The notes under the pieces: model-generated
The model's database searches: none
What the model was told of the DNA's origin: nothing
The model's input: only the letters and a program-made list of their open reading frames with translations
NCBI GenBank assembly: GCA_012295275.1
Contig: CM022674.1
Coordinates: forward strand, 5,890,001-5,954,000
DNA length: 64,000 bases
Direction: 5' to 3'
Source of the DNA: Chrysomallon squamiferum
Lineage: Eukaryota > Animalia > Mollusca
Shown: positions 18,945 through 37,700 of the stretch, piece by piece
How positions within the stretch are numbered: position 1 is the stretch's first letter
Layout: each line of letters starts with the position of its first letter
Translations under genes and position numbers: made by a program

Positions 18945-21900
18945 ATGGCAGATAATGAATGTGAACGTGTTCTTTGCGTCAAAAATGAAATATTTGTATT
19001 CAAAATACCACCGCGGCCATCAAACAGAGGTTACAGGTTGGAAAGCCATTACTATTGGATATCATTTAAAGATGTCTGGAATGTCTCTTATATACGGTTT
19101 AATGATAAAGAATTCATTAATGCTTTACGAAAGAAAAGGGGTGTTCCGTAATGATAATGATAATCTCTAAACTTGTCCTGCATAAATAAATCATTAGATG
19201 ATTTTCTTCTTGTCAAAAATTGCTGATGTCTTTAAATTAAATGTTCAAAATATATTTTTAATGAATAAACTCTGTTTTACTGCTAGCTTAAGATCCTTTT
19301 AATGTTCTGTAATTTAGTAATTATATAATATATTAATCATTAGATGACATGATTAAATTGAATTACATTTCTTGCCACCCATTTCAGTAGTATTATTATG
19401 CGTAATACTAATAGCTAATCAGGTTATTGTATTAATATAGTAATTAAATATTTTAGCTAGTTCAACCAACCAACATCATTCAAACATATTTGCATATTTA
19501 TTTATATATTTAATAAATTATAAAATATAAAATTAGAACATCCAGTAATATTTATTAATAGATAAGATGTAGTCAGTCACATCAATCTGGTATTCAAAAC
19601 AGCTGTTTGAAATGTTAAACTTTATTAAGTTTTTAATTTATAATTAATTTAACGAAAATGAATTTCCAGAAATGTATTATGAAAAACTCATACTCTAAAT
19701 ATTCAAACTAATAGTAATAATAATCATAATAACAGTTAAAGAGTAAATTTAATGATTCACCTGATGCAGGTGATGGCTGGTATTACCTGAGAGTAAATAG
19801 TTAAAACAAATTGTCCCCAAGTGAAGCGAAAGGATGCTAATTTAAGTACATATATATATATATAATTTCAAAAGTATCTTTATAAACTGAATCAGAAGAG
19901 ATTTTTTTACAGAGCTGCTGACTGGAAGTTGGACAATCCTGATTGGACAGGACGAATGCGGATTGTTTCAAAAGGAAAAGAATTGATGATAAAATTAGAA
20001 GATAAAACCACAGGTATGAGTATTAAATGGCTGAACAGTAAATTTATGTACAGATGAAACAAATCAAAGATATTTCATAATGAAAGCAGTTTAAAACACT
20101 GCAAGTGATTATTTTGATGGAAAGTAACAAGCTACAGTAAACAAAACAGTTCTGAAAATAAAGCATTTTGAAGGTAATTACATGTATATTTCTTATTCTT
20201 CATTTTGTTGCTGTCTTATCTCACCATCTTTACCAGTTACTCCTTTTGTCTGTCTGTCTGTCATAGATCCTTTCTTTCTTTCATATCACTGTTTCTCTTA
20301 ACATACTTGATAGTTTCAAAAATTGAACAGTTTTATTCTTAAGTTTGAAGGATTGACATACTTCTCCATTCCTCTTGAAATAATGACAAAGAAACATGTT
20401 TTTAGTAATATAAACATCTTCCAAGGTTTTTAGATTTTGATATTTATTTGTTATCTATCTTAAAAATGAGAAAAAGACAAACATAGAAGAGTAGGAAAGA
20501 CAAAGATTGTTTCGAGATGGTTAAGTATTTTCCTAAAATATTTCTGTGTGCTAAACGGTTGTTTTAACTAATTCTTATTGAATTTTGAAGGTGAACTCTT
20601 TGCCAACTGCCCTGTGGAATCCTACCCTAGTGCTGCTGTGGAACCTGTCCTTGATTCCAGTCGATATTTTGTGATAAGAATAAAAGATGATAGTGGTGAG
20701 TATATTTTATCTTTGTAACGATATAAATGGTATACATGGATGTACAGTTATGATGTGAAAACATAATAATAATCATATTTAAAAAAATACATTAATATTA
20801 GTAATAAAGAAAAATAATATTAACAGTTGCATTGATATTAAAAAATAATATTCTCGTTAAAAATGATAATCAGTAAAGATTTTTTACGATTGTTTATTGT
20901 GGTGTTAGTATTTTTGTAGTTGCTAATTCCTTTTTCAGCCTAAAAGATTTTGTTCAGATTTGCATTGAATGCATTAAAGTTAAAAAATATATTTGTAAAT
21001 TTTGAACATTTTTAAAGTCTTTCTGATTTCTTTTTTTTTTTCTTTCTTTTCTTTTTTTTGGTATATGTTTATTCTAACTACAACTTACTTTTTTTCAGAT
21101 ATGGAAATTTTTTTTAATTTCGCTTTAAAATGTCTAATAAGGAATGTTAAATTTTTATTCCAAATTTCCACCATTTGTAAAATCAACTTTCTATAATTGA
21201 AAATTTCTTTGTTTTTTTTTTCACCTCTGACCTTGAATTCTTATTCTAACTGATTTTCTTTTTTGAAACTAAGATTTTTATTCCAGGCCGCAGTGCATTT
21301 ATTGGAATAGGATTCTTAGATCGTGCTGACTCATTTGATCTGAACGTTTCCATTCAAGACCATTTTAAGTGAGTATCCATGTACTTAGCTTTTTAACAAT
21401 AAATCAACACATAATTTATTGATTTGTGAATTAACACACAATGCAACAACACAAGGGTAATGTTTGTAAATAAATATATTGATTGACAAGCATTATTAAT
21501 AAATAAATATATTTAACACATTAGAATTCTGTGTAAATAAATTTATTATGTTGTTGTATGACAATCATGTGAATAAATAAACATTTATGACTTTAACACT
21601 TAAATTAACATGTACTACACACACACACACACACACACATATGAAACATTGCATAATTTCTGATATGTTTTAATTTGCTGGTTTTTAGAGGGGTTTTTAA
21701 ATTTTATTATATCTTCGTTTTAACATTTTTGATCATTTAGAAGATTGATATATTTCATGTTATATTCATGGAATAATAAGTGTTGATATTAAATAAATTT
21801 AAATATAATCTGGCAGTCTAGTCATGTCCTCTTGAATGCCTTTTGTCATTGCCACAGTTGTCACAACATTGACTTCCTCCCGTAATGACCACTTGCAGTC

Positions 21901-24897
21901 ACAGTTCATTGAGTTTTAACAATCTCTGATGTACCATGAAAATCTTTATTGATTGCTATAGTGGTCATAATGCTGACTTTCTCTTTTGTGGCCAGTTTTA
22001 CTGTCGCAGTTCATTGACTTTTAACAATCTCAGGTGTACCATATAATGTTTTCATGAGAATGGTATCATCTGCTTTTACAGATGTTCAAATATTTTCTGT
22101 TAGTTGATAGTGTGTAAATTGGTCATGAGAAGGTTCATTTAAACTCCTGTTATTAAATTTCAACTCTGAGCTTTTTTCTTGTTAAAAATAGGCTTTTGGA
22201 TAAGGCTACATGATGTTAGTTGCATTGGTTTACATTACTTTATAACAGTTTAAATTTTAGTTATTTTTTAATTTTTTAAATTATTTTTATATAATAATTT
22301 ACTGAATTTACAGTTTTTTGTTTTTAATGAAATTATTATTTATAAATAATTTTTTTTTCTTTTTTAACTAAACTAAAATTTTATTTAATAATATATTTTG
22401 TTTATTTTGTTACTTTATATAAATTTAATGTAATTGTTTTTAAAACTACTAGTTATATCAGTGTATGTTATACCTGTAACTTAGCTTAGTTGAAACATAC
22501 CAACTTGATATAATTATATTAAGTGTATATAAAACTGATCCAAGATTATTTCCTGTTGGGTAGTTCTCTCTAATACCTCTTGTTAGGTTCAACAGAATAT
22601 TTGTCTTGTTTTATGCAAAACTATAAGGAAGATGTACAGTAATGAAATTAATGCACATAAAAAAAATAAACTGCCAATAAAACAATAGTGTAAGAAACGT
22701 ATATATTAATTAAACTATGCAACATAAATCTCTGATGAGAACTGACACAGTGGGTTTTAAATGTCATTTCTCAGTTATATAACCACAATAACTCGGATCA
22801 GAAATGAAACTCTGAGCATATTTAGCTTCCGATTTAATATAGCATACATCAGTTGTGTAATTAAAGGAAACAGTTGCATTTGTGATGTTAATTTTTGTTT
22901 ACAGATGGTTAAAACAAGAAGCAGACGAAGAGAACAGTATCAAAGATATGCAGAATGTACCAAAACTTGACCTTGGCTTTAAAGAAGGTCAAACAATAAA
23001 GCTTAATATTGGTGTAAGTAATATTTTTTATTTTTGTTTTACTTATGATATTATATTTGTCATGCTGGGATATCTGTATGGTGTGTGTGTATGTCTGTGT
23101 TCGTTCAAAAGTATGCATGCATGCGTATATTATGGTCTTAATTTTTTTTATTTTTTTATTGTTATTAATTTAACTAAATAATAAATTGTATGGTAGCAAG
23201 TTTCACATTAACAAACCTCAAAATACATTTTCAAAATATTGAGAGATAAAACAGCTTTCCATTTAGGACAACTTATTACATTTAACATAGTTAAAAAAAA
23301 AATGTGTTTTTTGTTTTTTTTTTGTAGAATTTAAATCGCAAAGATGGTTCCAGTTCTAGGCCGAGGGCAAAAGCATCAAGTGGTGGAATGATTGGTCTGA
23401 TCCCCCCACCTCCAGGGGGAGTCAAAATCCCCCCACCCTCCTCCTCGTCCGGTGGAAAGTCTCCTGAATTGATACAACCAAAATCTACACCAGAGAAGAA
23501 ACCACAACCGGTGGAGAAGAAAACTGAACTGGACGATCTTGGCTTGTTTAACGTACAGTGCAATATTTCGAAACCAGCCAATCAGCAATCAGCTAACAGT
23601 GCAGATCTCCTGTCCTCTGTGTTTTCAGCTCCCAGCCCGGCCAATCAGAATTCGGGTAGCAATATAGATCTGTTGTCAGCGCCCAGCCCAGCCAGTCAGA
23701 ATTCAGGTAGCAACATAGATCTTTTGTGTGGCACAGACATTCCAATATCCTCCAGTATTCCCATACAGCCCATTCAGCCAGTTCAGCCAGTTCAGCCAGT
23801 ACAGCCAGTTCAGCCAGTTCAGCCATTTCAGCCATTTCAACCAGAGCAACCAGCACAGCCAGTACAAGCAGTAAAACCATTTACAGATCCATGGGGTGAT
23901 TTCACAAGTGCAAGGTAAGTGCTGCCGCGTTACTGCAGATAGCAGATGTGAAAACAGTTTTGATGGTTTTGAGTAATTGTTTTCTTAACATAATCAAAAT
24001 TTTCATATATCTGAACAGTTATAGTTGTTATTTTAATTTTATTTTTTTATTACTTTTAATATATTAGTTAAAGAAAAATGCCATTTTTGATTGTTTTCCG
24101 CACCCATTTTTGACTGTAGTCAACACATCCCTTCCTGACTAGTTAATAGTATTGTTCAGATCCATTCTCAACTGCAGTTAACACAGGTAATGCTACTGTT
24201 CAGATCCATTCTCGACTGTAGTAAACAGGTAATGCTACTGTTCAGATCCATTCTCAACTGTAGTTAACACAGGTAATGCTACTGTTCAGATCCATTCTTG
24301 ACTATAGTTAACACACGTAATGTTACTGTTCAGATCCATTCTTGACTGCAATTAACACAGGTAATGCTATTGTTCTGATCCATTCTCAACTGCAGTTAAC
24401 ACAGGTAATGTTACTGTTCAGATCCATTCTTGACTGTAGTTAACACAGGTAATACTACTATTCAGATCCATTTTTGTGATGACAATTTTGATTGTAAAGT
24501 TGTGTGCAGAAGAGTTAATTTCTTATTATTTTTGCATACAGATAAATGGCTTAGTCCTTCTCCATATTGTTACTAACTGTGTCCCAACTGATTTATCAAA
24601 GAATGTGGCATGTGAAAGACTTGTTGCTTTGTGAAGATAAATGTAACTTACAGGGTAACAGGTCTTTTTTTTTTTTTATCACTGTACAAAACTGTGAATG
24701 AATAACTGCCATCCAGAGATTTTAAAATATTTGTTCATTCGTTTGTTTGCATGTTTGTTCACTTGATCATTTGTTCATTCTTTGTAATATATATTTTTAA
24801 AATAATCTCTGTCTCTTCCATTTTTGATTTTTAATTTTTTAATTTCAGTTCAGTGGGACAAAAACCTAATGACAATGACCCATGGGCACAGTTTTAA
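18945..24897 (+). CDS. NECAP: Adaptin ear-binding coat-associated protein (NECAP1/2 family), 7 coding exons, 374 aa
   Basis: Exons 18945-19036, 19913-20013, 20591-20695, 21287-21368, 22905-23013, 23328-23914, 24849-24897. PHear domain motifs [40 protein letters not shown]; [15 protein letters not shown]; WGDF; C-terminal WAQF-stop. Confidence 0.96.
24150..24472 (+). repeat. 44-bp minisatellite, about 7 copies, in the last NECAP intron
   Basis: Unit ttcagatccattct(c/t)(a/g)actg(c/t)agttaacacaggtaatg(c/t)tactg. Confidence 0.93.
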
Positions 24898-27800
24898 GGA
24901 AGACATATTTAGTGGAATTTGTAAATATTTATAGCCGATTGTCAGTTTTTTTTTTTTTTTTTTGGTTCTGTTATTGAAAGAAGAAGGGGAAAAAAACCTC
25001 CCAAGAAGGAAGTTTTTGTTAGTTAGAATATATGCTGGCAGCTTTAGAAGCTATGGGCAATCATTTCATAATCATAATATTTAAAAATTAGTGAACCAAC
25101 TCAATTTACTGATCTGATTGTGTGACAGGTTAGCCTATCATGTAATTGGTTAGCCCTGAGTGAAAATATTGTATATTGGGTCAGCCAGTCATGCAATGGA
25201 TTAGCATCAAGTAATAGTATTGCATGATAGGTCAGACAGTTGTGTGATGGGAAATACAGAGTGAAAATATTTAGCTTTATAAATATGGTTGTACAAAAAA
25301 TATTTGAAGAGATCACAAAGGACCAAATATATTAAATAATAATAATTAAAAAAATGATTATGAAATTAAATAATAAAACTTTGTATTTTGTAAAAAGTAA
25401 ACTTACATTTAATCTTGGTATGTCCTTAAACAAAATGGACATAACTGACAGATCAGTATTTCAGTTAAAAAGGTGTTTCAGTTCCATTGTTTTTTTTTAT
25501 TTATTGACATAAAATTCCAAAAGTTCCACACACACCCACACACATAGAAATTCTGAATGCGTAAAAATTTATTTTACAAAAGTATCTAAAAGAACATAAG
25601 ATAAAATAATGAAAATTATTATTTGGGAACCAGATTTTAAGTATTATTTAAAATGTATAAATAAATTAATGGCATCAGATGATTTTAAAAGAATCTTTCA
25701 GAAAACCATTAATGTCAGTTGTCCAAAAACCTTTTGTAGCATCACTGAAAACCATTAAAACTCAGGCCCATAAGTATTTTCATTAAATATTTTATTTTAT
25801 AATCTTCTTTTTTAAAATTATTTTTCTTCCTTCTCATCTTAGATACTCTGAATATATTAAAATTAATTTACAACTAGCAAGTTTTATTTCATTTTTTTCT
25901 TAGGCACTTAGAAAACATTAGCAATAAAATTTAAGTAGAATTAGAAATTGATAAATGTTGCATGATTTTGTTATTAGAACAAAATATTTTTTATAAAGTA
26001 ACGAGAAAATGTTACAGATGTGGTTTGAATATTTAAGCTACATTCTCACTGTTTGATTTGTCAGACTGTTTTTTAACCCATCATTTGCTCCATTATAATA
26101 ACAATAACATAACTTGGGCACTCTGAATCTCAGTTTTCTGATCAAAAAGAATTTGGAAACAAATATTCAAAAATATTCGAATTAAATCTCATTTCCAATC
26201 CCAAATGTACCTTGGAGAACATTCAAGTGTATCTGATGCAGTTCATGAAGGAATATTCAGCCCAGCAAAGAAAATGAAAAAGAGAAAATAAATATCCACT
26301 GGGTGAATGTACAGTGTTTATCTTGATTAAACAAGGCTGAAGTTTAAATGATGAGTAACCGATCAGCAAACTAAACAGTTCATGTAATAACAGTATTATC
26401 TAGTTAATAGGTTCTTTATACACAAAAATAAAATGAGATCCAGTTCAAACTGAAGATTCACAATGATGTTGAATTGAATTAAATGTTCAAAGCTTCACAG
26501 AGCCCTGAGTATAATACAAATGGTTGGTCATACTGAAACAGTTGCAGTAAAAATTGTGTTAGAGTTAAAACACTGATGAATGATTCTATTTTGTGAAGAA
26601 ATTGTAAGCTTACAGTTGTTACTGAAACACACACACACACATACACACACACACACACACATGCACACAGAGACACAGACATACATGCATGCATTCATAA
26701 ATTGATGATAAAGGGAGAGAACTTTAATATAACATTTTTAATAAATGGAGAGCTTTCAGTATATATAAATGAAACCTCTGTACAGAGATTTTAATTATTT
26801 ACATATTTTCCAGACTGGTTTACAAAAGATTATTATAAGTTAGGTTTTTTTTACAAATCAGGAAAAAAAAAAAAAAAAAAAATTTAAATGCTACAAGTTG
26901 CATACTTTGTCATCATGGCAGATCAGATAATGAGAATGTAGTTCTTATTAGTAAAATATTCACAAGTAATTTTTATTATTAATCAGATGACACTTGAAAT
27001 AGTGAATGTTGATTGTAAATTACAAATGCATGTATAAAAATTAGCATTTAGTATTCACAAATATAAAAGTTACATTGTTGGACCATGTTTATGTGTATAT
27101 AATATATGTTAAGACTAAATGTTAACTACTGAACAGTTTGTTATGTATAAAATTCACTGTTTTTGGTTTTTTGTATAAGACATTGTTTTGAACATGTTTC
27201 ATTTCTTTCTTCTTGTAATTTAATCTCAAATGCTCAATTTTACATAGAATTCATTTCACCAGTAAATGTTACCAGAGTTATTGCCCTTGTCTGTAAACTC
27301 TTCTTTAATGAATCTTACAGTTAGATACTTATTTTGTTTTTTTGTTTTATCATTTTTCTGTTTATTTATTTATTTATTTATTTATTTATTTTTTTTTTTT
27401 TTATCTAATTTGGGTTTATTATTATAATTATTGTATTTTGGCTCCAAAATAATTCTGAAGACATGATCAAAACAAAAGCTGTGTTGATATTTAATTAATC
27501 AGCAAGACATTTAAAGAAAATATATAATAATAATAATAATTTTATATATATATTTTGTCCATTTCCAAACTTAATAAATTGCTTCTTCTGTAGTTATTAT
27601 GTACCATCAATATTGTAGAAAAAGATTTTATACAATATATTTAAAACAAAAAAAGAAAATTGTTATTATTTTCTTTGAGTGTTTTGGCTTGCAGTAATCT
27701 TATATTTTCAAAGTGGTTATTTGTACATTCCATTTCTTTGCACAAAAATGAACAAGTTTAATATTAAAAATATTAAAATGTATCTAAATTTCTAAATGGA

Positions 27801-27974
27801 CTATTAAATAAGTGAGAAAAAAATGTTGCAGGACATTTTACAAAATAATCAAAAATGTTGGGTTTACAGTGAGTTAATTTATTATGTTAGGAAACAGTCT
27901 TTGCATTTGTATAATTTAGAAACTTAAATTATTTATATTTCTTTAAAGTGATTATAAAAAATGCCCAAATCATT

Positions 27975-28006
<32 letters not shown>

Positions 28007-28449
28007 CAAAGTGGGTCACAAATTACTTTATTATTATTTATTTATTTTTTAGTTTTCTTGAAAAGAAAATGTAATAATTCATTAAGATCATGCCAGAAAA
28101 TCTTAGACTAAATAAATTTTATAACATTCAAAGTGAGTGTCTTTATCATGTATTTAAGCAATGGGATTCTTAGGGGTCTTTTTCTTTTTTAGATAGAAAT
28201 AGAGAGGAACAGTTGTTTGTTTGTTGTGTATTGTTGTATTTATGTTAAGCATGTGCAATATAAAAAAATGTATAATAAATCAATTTAATTATGTTTCACA
28301 TTCCTTGAAAGGCATACATTGAAATTCTGTGAATATGACAAAATACATTTCTTAAATATTGATCAGTATAAGGTAATGAAATGTGATGTGTTTTTTTTTT
28401 TCAAAATAAACTTTCTGATATTTCACTATACATATTTTGTACATCATTA

Positions 28450-28490
<41 letters not shown>

Positions 28491-29126
28491 ATTATTATTA
28501 TCTAGATATCTAAATTTATGTACAGAATTGTGCTTTTAGTATTATAAAATACAAAAACCTCTTAATAGCTTTGATTTTTGTTGATTTTTGATAGCCTGCA
28601 GACTAAAATGTATAAAATTGTAAAACTGTATGTGGATACAGAATTAAAAGAACATTTCTGAAATTTTAATAAATGATTTAATATTATGAACATCTTTTTT
28701 TTTTTATTATTCTTGTATGTTGTTTAACTTTTCTAAATATGTATTTATTAAGTAAGATTATATATATAAATATAACTGATACTTATATATATATATATAT
28801 ATATATATAAGTTATATTTATAAAAATATGTTCTTTTGGACCCATGATATCAGTTTAATATAACTTTACTGATTATTTATATTTAAGGTTTTCATTTGCT
28901 GTTTTAAAAACAAACAAAAAAACTTAGATAATGATAATAATAATTAAACATAAAAAGACTAACGAATAGGCTGTGATTGTTTTGTGTATTGTATTGTGTA
29001 TTTTATATGTAAATAATTCTATTCTCAATTTTGGAATTTAGAAATAAAAATTATCTTTGGGTTTGAAATACTTTGAATTTTTATTTTATTTTATATTTAT
29101 TCTTTTTAAAATAATAATTATTATTA

Positions 29127-29204
<78 letters not shown>

Positions 29205-30563
29205 TTTTATTATTAATTATTTATTTTTTTTCTAAGATGTTTATATTGTATTTTATAAAAATTAGGAGTGTTGTACATAACTGAGCCTTTGGACTGAACA
29301 GATGAAAATAAGAGAAATATGAGAGAAGCCTTGTTACCATAGCCACTGTTAATAGCAGAAAGGAATGTTAAATCTCTACCTTCCCATATATAGAAAAAAA
29401 GTATCTAGGCCTTGATAAATTTGTAATTGGAAAAAAGATGAGAATGTGAATTTTAACATTAATAACAATAACAAAATATAAAAATAATAAAATTTTATTA
29501 ATAATAACTAATAAACATAACAAAAACTATGAAGCAATATTTAATTTTTTTTTTCTTTATATATATACTTGTAAACAAAAACAATTTATTAATAAAAAAT
29601 TAAAATTTTGCTGTTAATTAAAGCTCCAATTATTTTTCTAATCTGAGGCAAGTTATTTATATAGCTAATGAAAGAACTAGATATAACAAAGAAAAAAGAT
29701 ATACAAGATATATTTAATAGAATTAAACGTTTAACAAATACTTTTTTTTAATGTTAATTAATACTGAGTATGGTTGTGCATGCAATAAAATATGATGTGA
29801 TAAAAGTATATATGCAGTATATGTAAATTAATAATAAAAAATATAAATGAGTACTAAAAACCGGGATAAAATAATTGTGAAAATATATATGTATCTATAT
29901 GTATACTGGTTATAAAGTATTTCCCCATAACCTTAAACAAATCCATTGTTCCCCAAAAATCTAATAATTTATAAATCTTACAAAATAATGTAATGTTGTT
30001 GAGGCATTTTATTTTGACTCCTAAGAATTAAAGAATACATTTTTCACATCCATTGCAGACCCTGTAACAATATTTAATGGAATAATGAAGAAATGGGTAC
30101 TTCCTTCCCTAACCCTGTATAAATTCTATTTAAGCCAGAATTATCTAAATTGTTTAAATCCAAGCAAGGTAAATACAAATAAATATTTCTGAATTAAAAA
30201 TAATAAAGCAAGATAATAGTTTTCTACCTTTTTCTTGTTCTTTTTCATTGTTCCAGTTGCTTTAAAGAATTTTTGAATATTTTGAATTTAATTTTTTTTC
30301 AAACCTGCATCAATTAATGTTTTAATAATTGTCTGAACTTAAATAATCTGTATTAAATACCATTTAAGAGTGAAAATAAACTAATTTTGCAATTCAGGTT
30401 TCCTGTAGCAGAAAACAATAATATAGACCAAAAGTTTCCATTTTACCCACGAATAAACATCCTCTGCATTTTTTCCCACACTTTGAACTTATAACTGGAG
30501 AGAGTTTAAATTATTTAATTTTTTTTTTTTTTTTTTTTCAAAATTATAAAAATACTTTTTTTC

Positions 30564-30594
<31 letters not shown>

Positions 30595-30672
30595 GCTTTT
30601 TTTTTTTTTTTTTTCTCTACTAGCATATTGCAGATATCAGATACTATTATCTGTGCAACAAATACTGTTTAA

Positions 30673-34537
<3,865 letters not shown>

Positions 34538-35127
34538 GTTGAAGATTTTCTGAAAAAGAATTAAAATAGTAGTTATGTGACAATGTAAAGGATAATTTAA
34601 AAAAAAAAAAAAAAAAAAAAATCATTTTCATATTACTGAACCATCCAGCTGTCCATGGCTTTGTCTAAATATATTAATTTAGGTGCAAGTAAAACACACA
34701 CACACCCGCGCGCACGCACGCACACACACACACAAAAACACACACACACACACACACACACACTTCACTTAAAATATATATCTAATTATGAACGCACACA
34801 AACGTAACAATGGAAAAATGCTTTAGAAAAATAATGGATAAATGTTAACAAAATTAATGTTAATTTTTATGCATATGAATTAATTTGTTACTAATCTAAT
34901 TAGTAAACGGAATATTCACAACGAGTATTTAACACAAATTAATTAACCCCCCACCTCCGTGTAATATAATTGCACTGTTCAATTAGCACGGAATCGTTCG
35001 TTATAATCGTTTTAATAATTTATTGGCTAGATCAATAATATTTGTTTTGTTGTTGTTTGTTTGTTTTTGGATCTTTTTTCCTTTAAATAATACTTTATTA
35101 TGTATTAATATAATTAAACCAACTTAC

Positions 35128-35420
35128 AATTTTCACACACTCAGAATGGAATATTAGAAATATTAAAAGTACTAAAACCCTGTTACAGAACACAAATAAA
35201 ACAGTTCACGCGAACTATTTTCCCATGTTGTCGACAACGAAATCGAGACTCCAAGTTTCGTTGCTATGCTATTGTTAGTCTTGCCAACTTGTTTAAGGAG
35301 ATTCGGAAGGGGTCGGCCGGTTTCGGATGTTATGACCCGAAGTGTTACGATCCACACGATTTATTTCGGAACAGCGTTTTGCGGTTTGAAATAATATATA
35401 AATATAAACTCCGACGTTTC
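35128..35420 (-). promoter_or_regulatory. CpG-rich promoter and first exon of the uncharacterised gene, with RFX X-box-like elements
   Basis: GTTGCTATG (CATAGCAAC half X-box) at 35260-35268, palindrome GTTGTCGACAAC at 35227-35238, and a donor |gtaagt below 35128. Confidence 0.55.
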
Positions 35421-35944
35421 CTTTTGATAAGCAAGCCTGAAGTAATAGAGGTTTTTTTTTTTTTTTTTTTTTTTGTGTGGGGTTGGATTTAGGTTTTTTG
35501 ATAATAGTTATTATTATTAATATTATTGTTGTTATTATTTGTTATTATTGTTACAGGTTTTTTTTTTGGGGGGGGGTATTTTAATAATCAAATCATTTCA
35601 GGTAAAAAATATGCATTAATTCATTATAATATTTAACATATTTAAATAAAAAGAAAATAAGTGGCCTTATTAATAAATAATTATTTCTACAATGAAAAGA
35701 AGGCATACTGAATATGTTAAAAAATATTAATAAACTGCTTGTAACCTGCCGTTATTATTGTTGTTCTTGTTGTTATCGTTAACTTTATTATTACCATTAT
35801 CAACACTATTATTTTTATTATCGTTTAGGCATGAAATAATATTGTAGAAATTTATTTACGATATAATTATTAAGGATTAGATAACTCTGGTTCTCTTTTC
35901 AAATGGTCATATACACATCCCTGTCAGTAAGATGCCCTTTAACA

Positions 35945-36013
<69 letters not shown>

Positions 36014-36689
36014 AACGAATGAGTTTTTAAGTGTCTGAACTAAGAATATCACATGTCTCAATTAACCCATCTAAATTATAAATGCTATACCAATTTTTTT
36101 TTTTTCTCTCAGACTCCCATGTCCACTTTTAAAGTTTTGGAATTATTTAAAGGTCACTGATAATGATATTTTAACGGTTTGTTTAAAAACACAATTAACA
36201 CGTTATTATATAACGCATTCATGGTAATTTTCCCCTATTTAATTCAGTTTTACATTTTCATTTCTTTTCTTTTTTTTTCTTTCTATCTTTCTTTCTTTCT
36301 TTATTCAATATCTTCTTCTTGTAATAAGCGTGTGATGTTAATTGTCATTTAGATTTTATTTGTATTCAAATAAAATATACTTGCATATTATTCAGCAAAA
36401 TTATTTTCTATTTAATTAACAAATTACACTTATTAATTTAAATTTTTTAAAGTACCGTTAATAGTTTTATTTTTTATTTTTTACTCAAAAATAATAAAAA
36501 CAACATTAACAATAACACTAATAACAATGAATGAATGATGATGGTATTATTATTATTTAATGTCTTTTTTCCTTCTAATAACAGTTGTAATATTATTTAT
36601 TACTTTAGTCAAAATATGCAAAATAAATATTTAGTTTGAAATCTAAACACAAAAAAATTTCTGGAAACAGTATCGCAATACTGATTTTT

Positions 36690-36885
36690 TTTGTCGCAGA
36701 TCAGTTGAAAACGTCAAGGTCAAGATTGCATTTCTTTTGAAACTTTTTTAAGTCTGAACCTCTATTAAATTTACAGTTTCCGGAAATCTCAAGTGTTACA
36801 CATGCGCAAAGGTTTCCGCGTAATATTTTTTTATTCAGATAGGACTAACGATTGTTTTCCTAAGAATCACACCGACAGGATAAAT
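36690..36885 (+). promoter_or_regulatory. Probable GMPS promoter and non-coding first exon
   Basis: CpG-rich patch with TCAAGGTCA (NR5A/ERR-type) at 36714-36722, palindrome TTTCCGGAAA at about 36777, and a donor AT|gtaagt at 36885/36886. The matching acceptor is at 38885/38886, just upstream of the ATG. Confidence 0.55.
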
Positions 36886-37365
36886 GTAAGTACTAGGCAA
36901 ATTTCTTTCGAAAAGATCCGATCACAGCAACTCAGAAATTTTATTCAATTTCTTGTCCATACATGCAGCTGTTTGGAAATCAGCTATTAAATTGTTTTAT
37001 TGAGCTTGTTTTTCCTATTTTCGTTATAGTTTTATTACCGATAATCTGATCTGTAGACTTGAACATTTATTTTTTCTAGATCATCAGAGAAAGTTGTTTC
37101 AGTTTTTAAATTAATAAAATTGTTATTATAAACATAATTTTATCTAATGTGATAATATTATACGAAGCTGAAAAGTTGCATAGCAAATAACAGTTACGAT
37201 CAGGAAACAGTTATTACTGAACCCCCCCATAAAAATTTAGCCATGTTTAAGTTTCAACTTACAATGATCATGTCCTAAGTGAGTACGTGATCACGATTTT
37301 GTATTCTTCTCTGGTGATTTTAAGCACCTTATAAATTTGATTATAGTATATTTTTTTATTGGTTA

Positions 37366-37700
37366 TAAGAAATGATCATATTTAAAAACGTACTTATTTT
37401 TGCGTATGGTATTCATTATTCTTATTCTAGGCTAGTCCACATTTATATTATCATTAAGTTTTACTAGTATTAATTTTGATGTCGTTTTTATTGTGCTAAC
37501 TTGCTGATGTATATATATATATGTATATAATATATTGATCAGCAAGTTTGTACAATACAAACGACATCAAAATTAATACTAGTAAAACTTCATGATAATA
37601 TAAATGGACTAACTAGTATATGAGCTAAGAATAAGAATATGATATGTCACATATCATATTCTGTGGAAATAATAACGTTTTTAAATATGATAATTTCTTA
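37366..37700. mobile_element. 335-bp foldback/MITE-like inverted repeat in GMPS intron 1
   Basis: Termini taagaaatgatcatatttaaaaacgt and acgtttttaaatatgataatttctta differ by 1 mismatch. Inner arms catttatattatcat..aagttttactagtattaattttgatgtcgttt..aacttgctgat pair with atcagcaagtt..aaacgacatcaaaattaatactagtaaaactt..atgataatataaatg around a TA-repeat loop. Confidence 0.8.

Noticed and set aside
26110-26290. Coding-looking stretch downstream of NECAP
   Set aside because: No recognisable motif, splice context or long frame; probably 3'UTR or decayed repeat.
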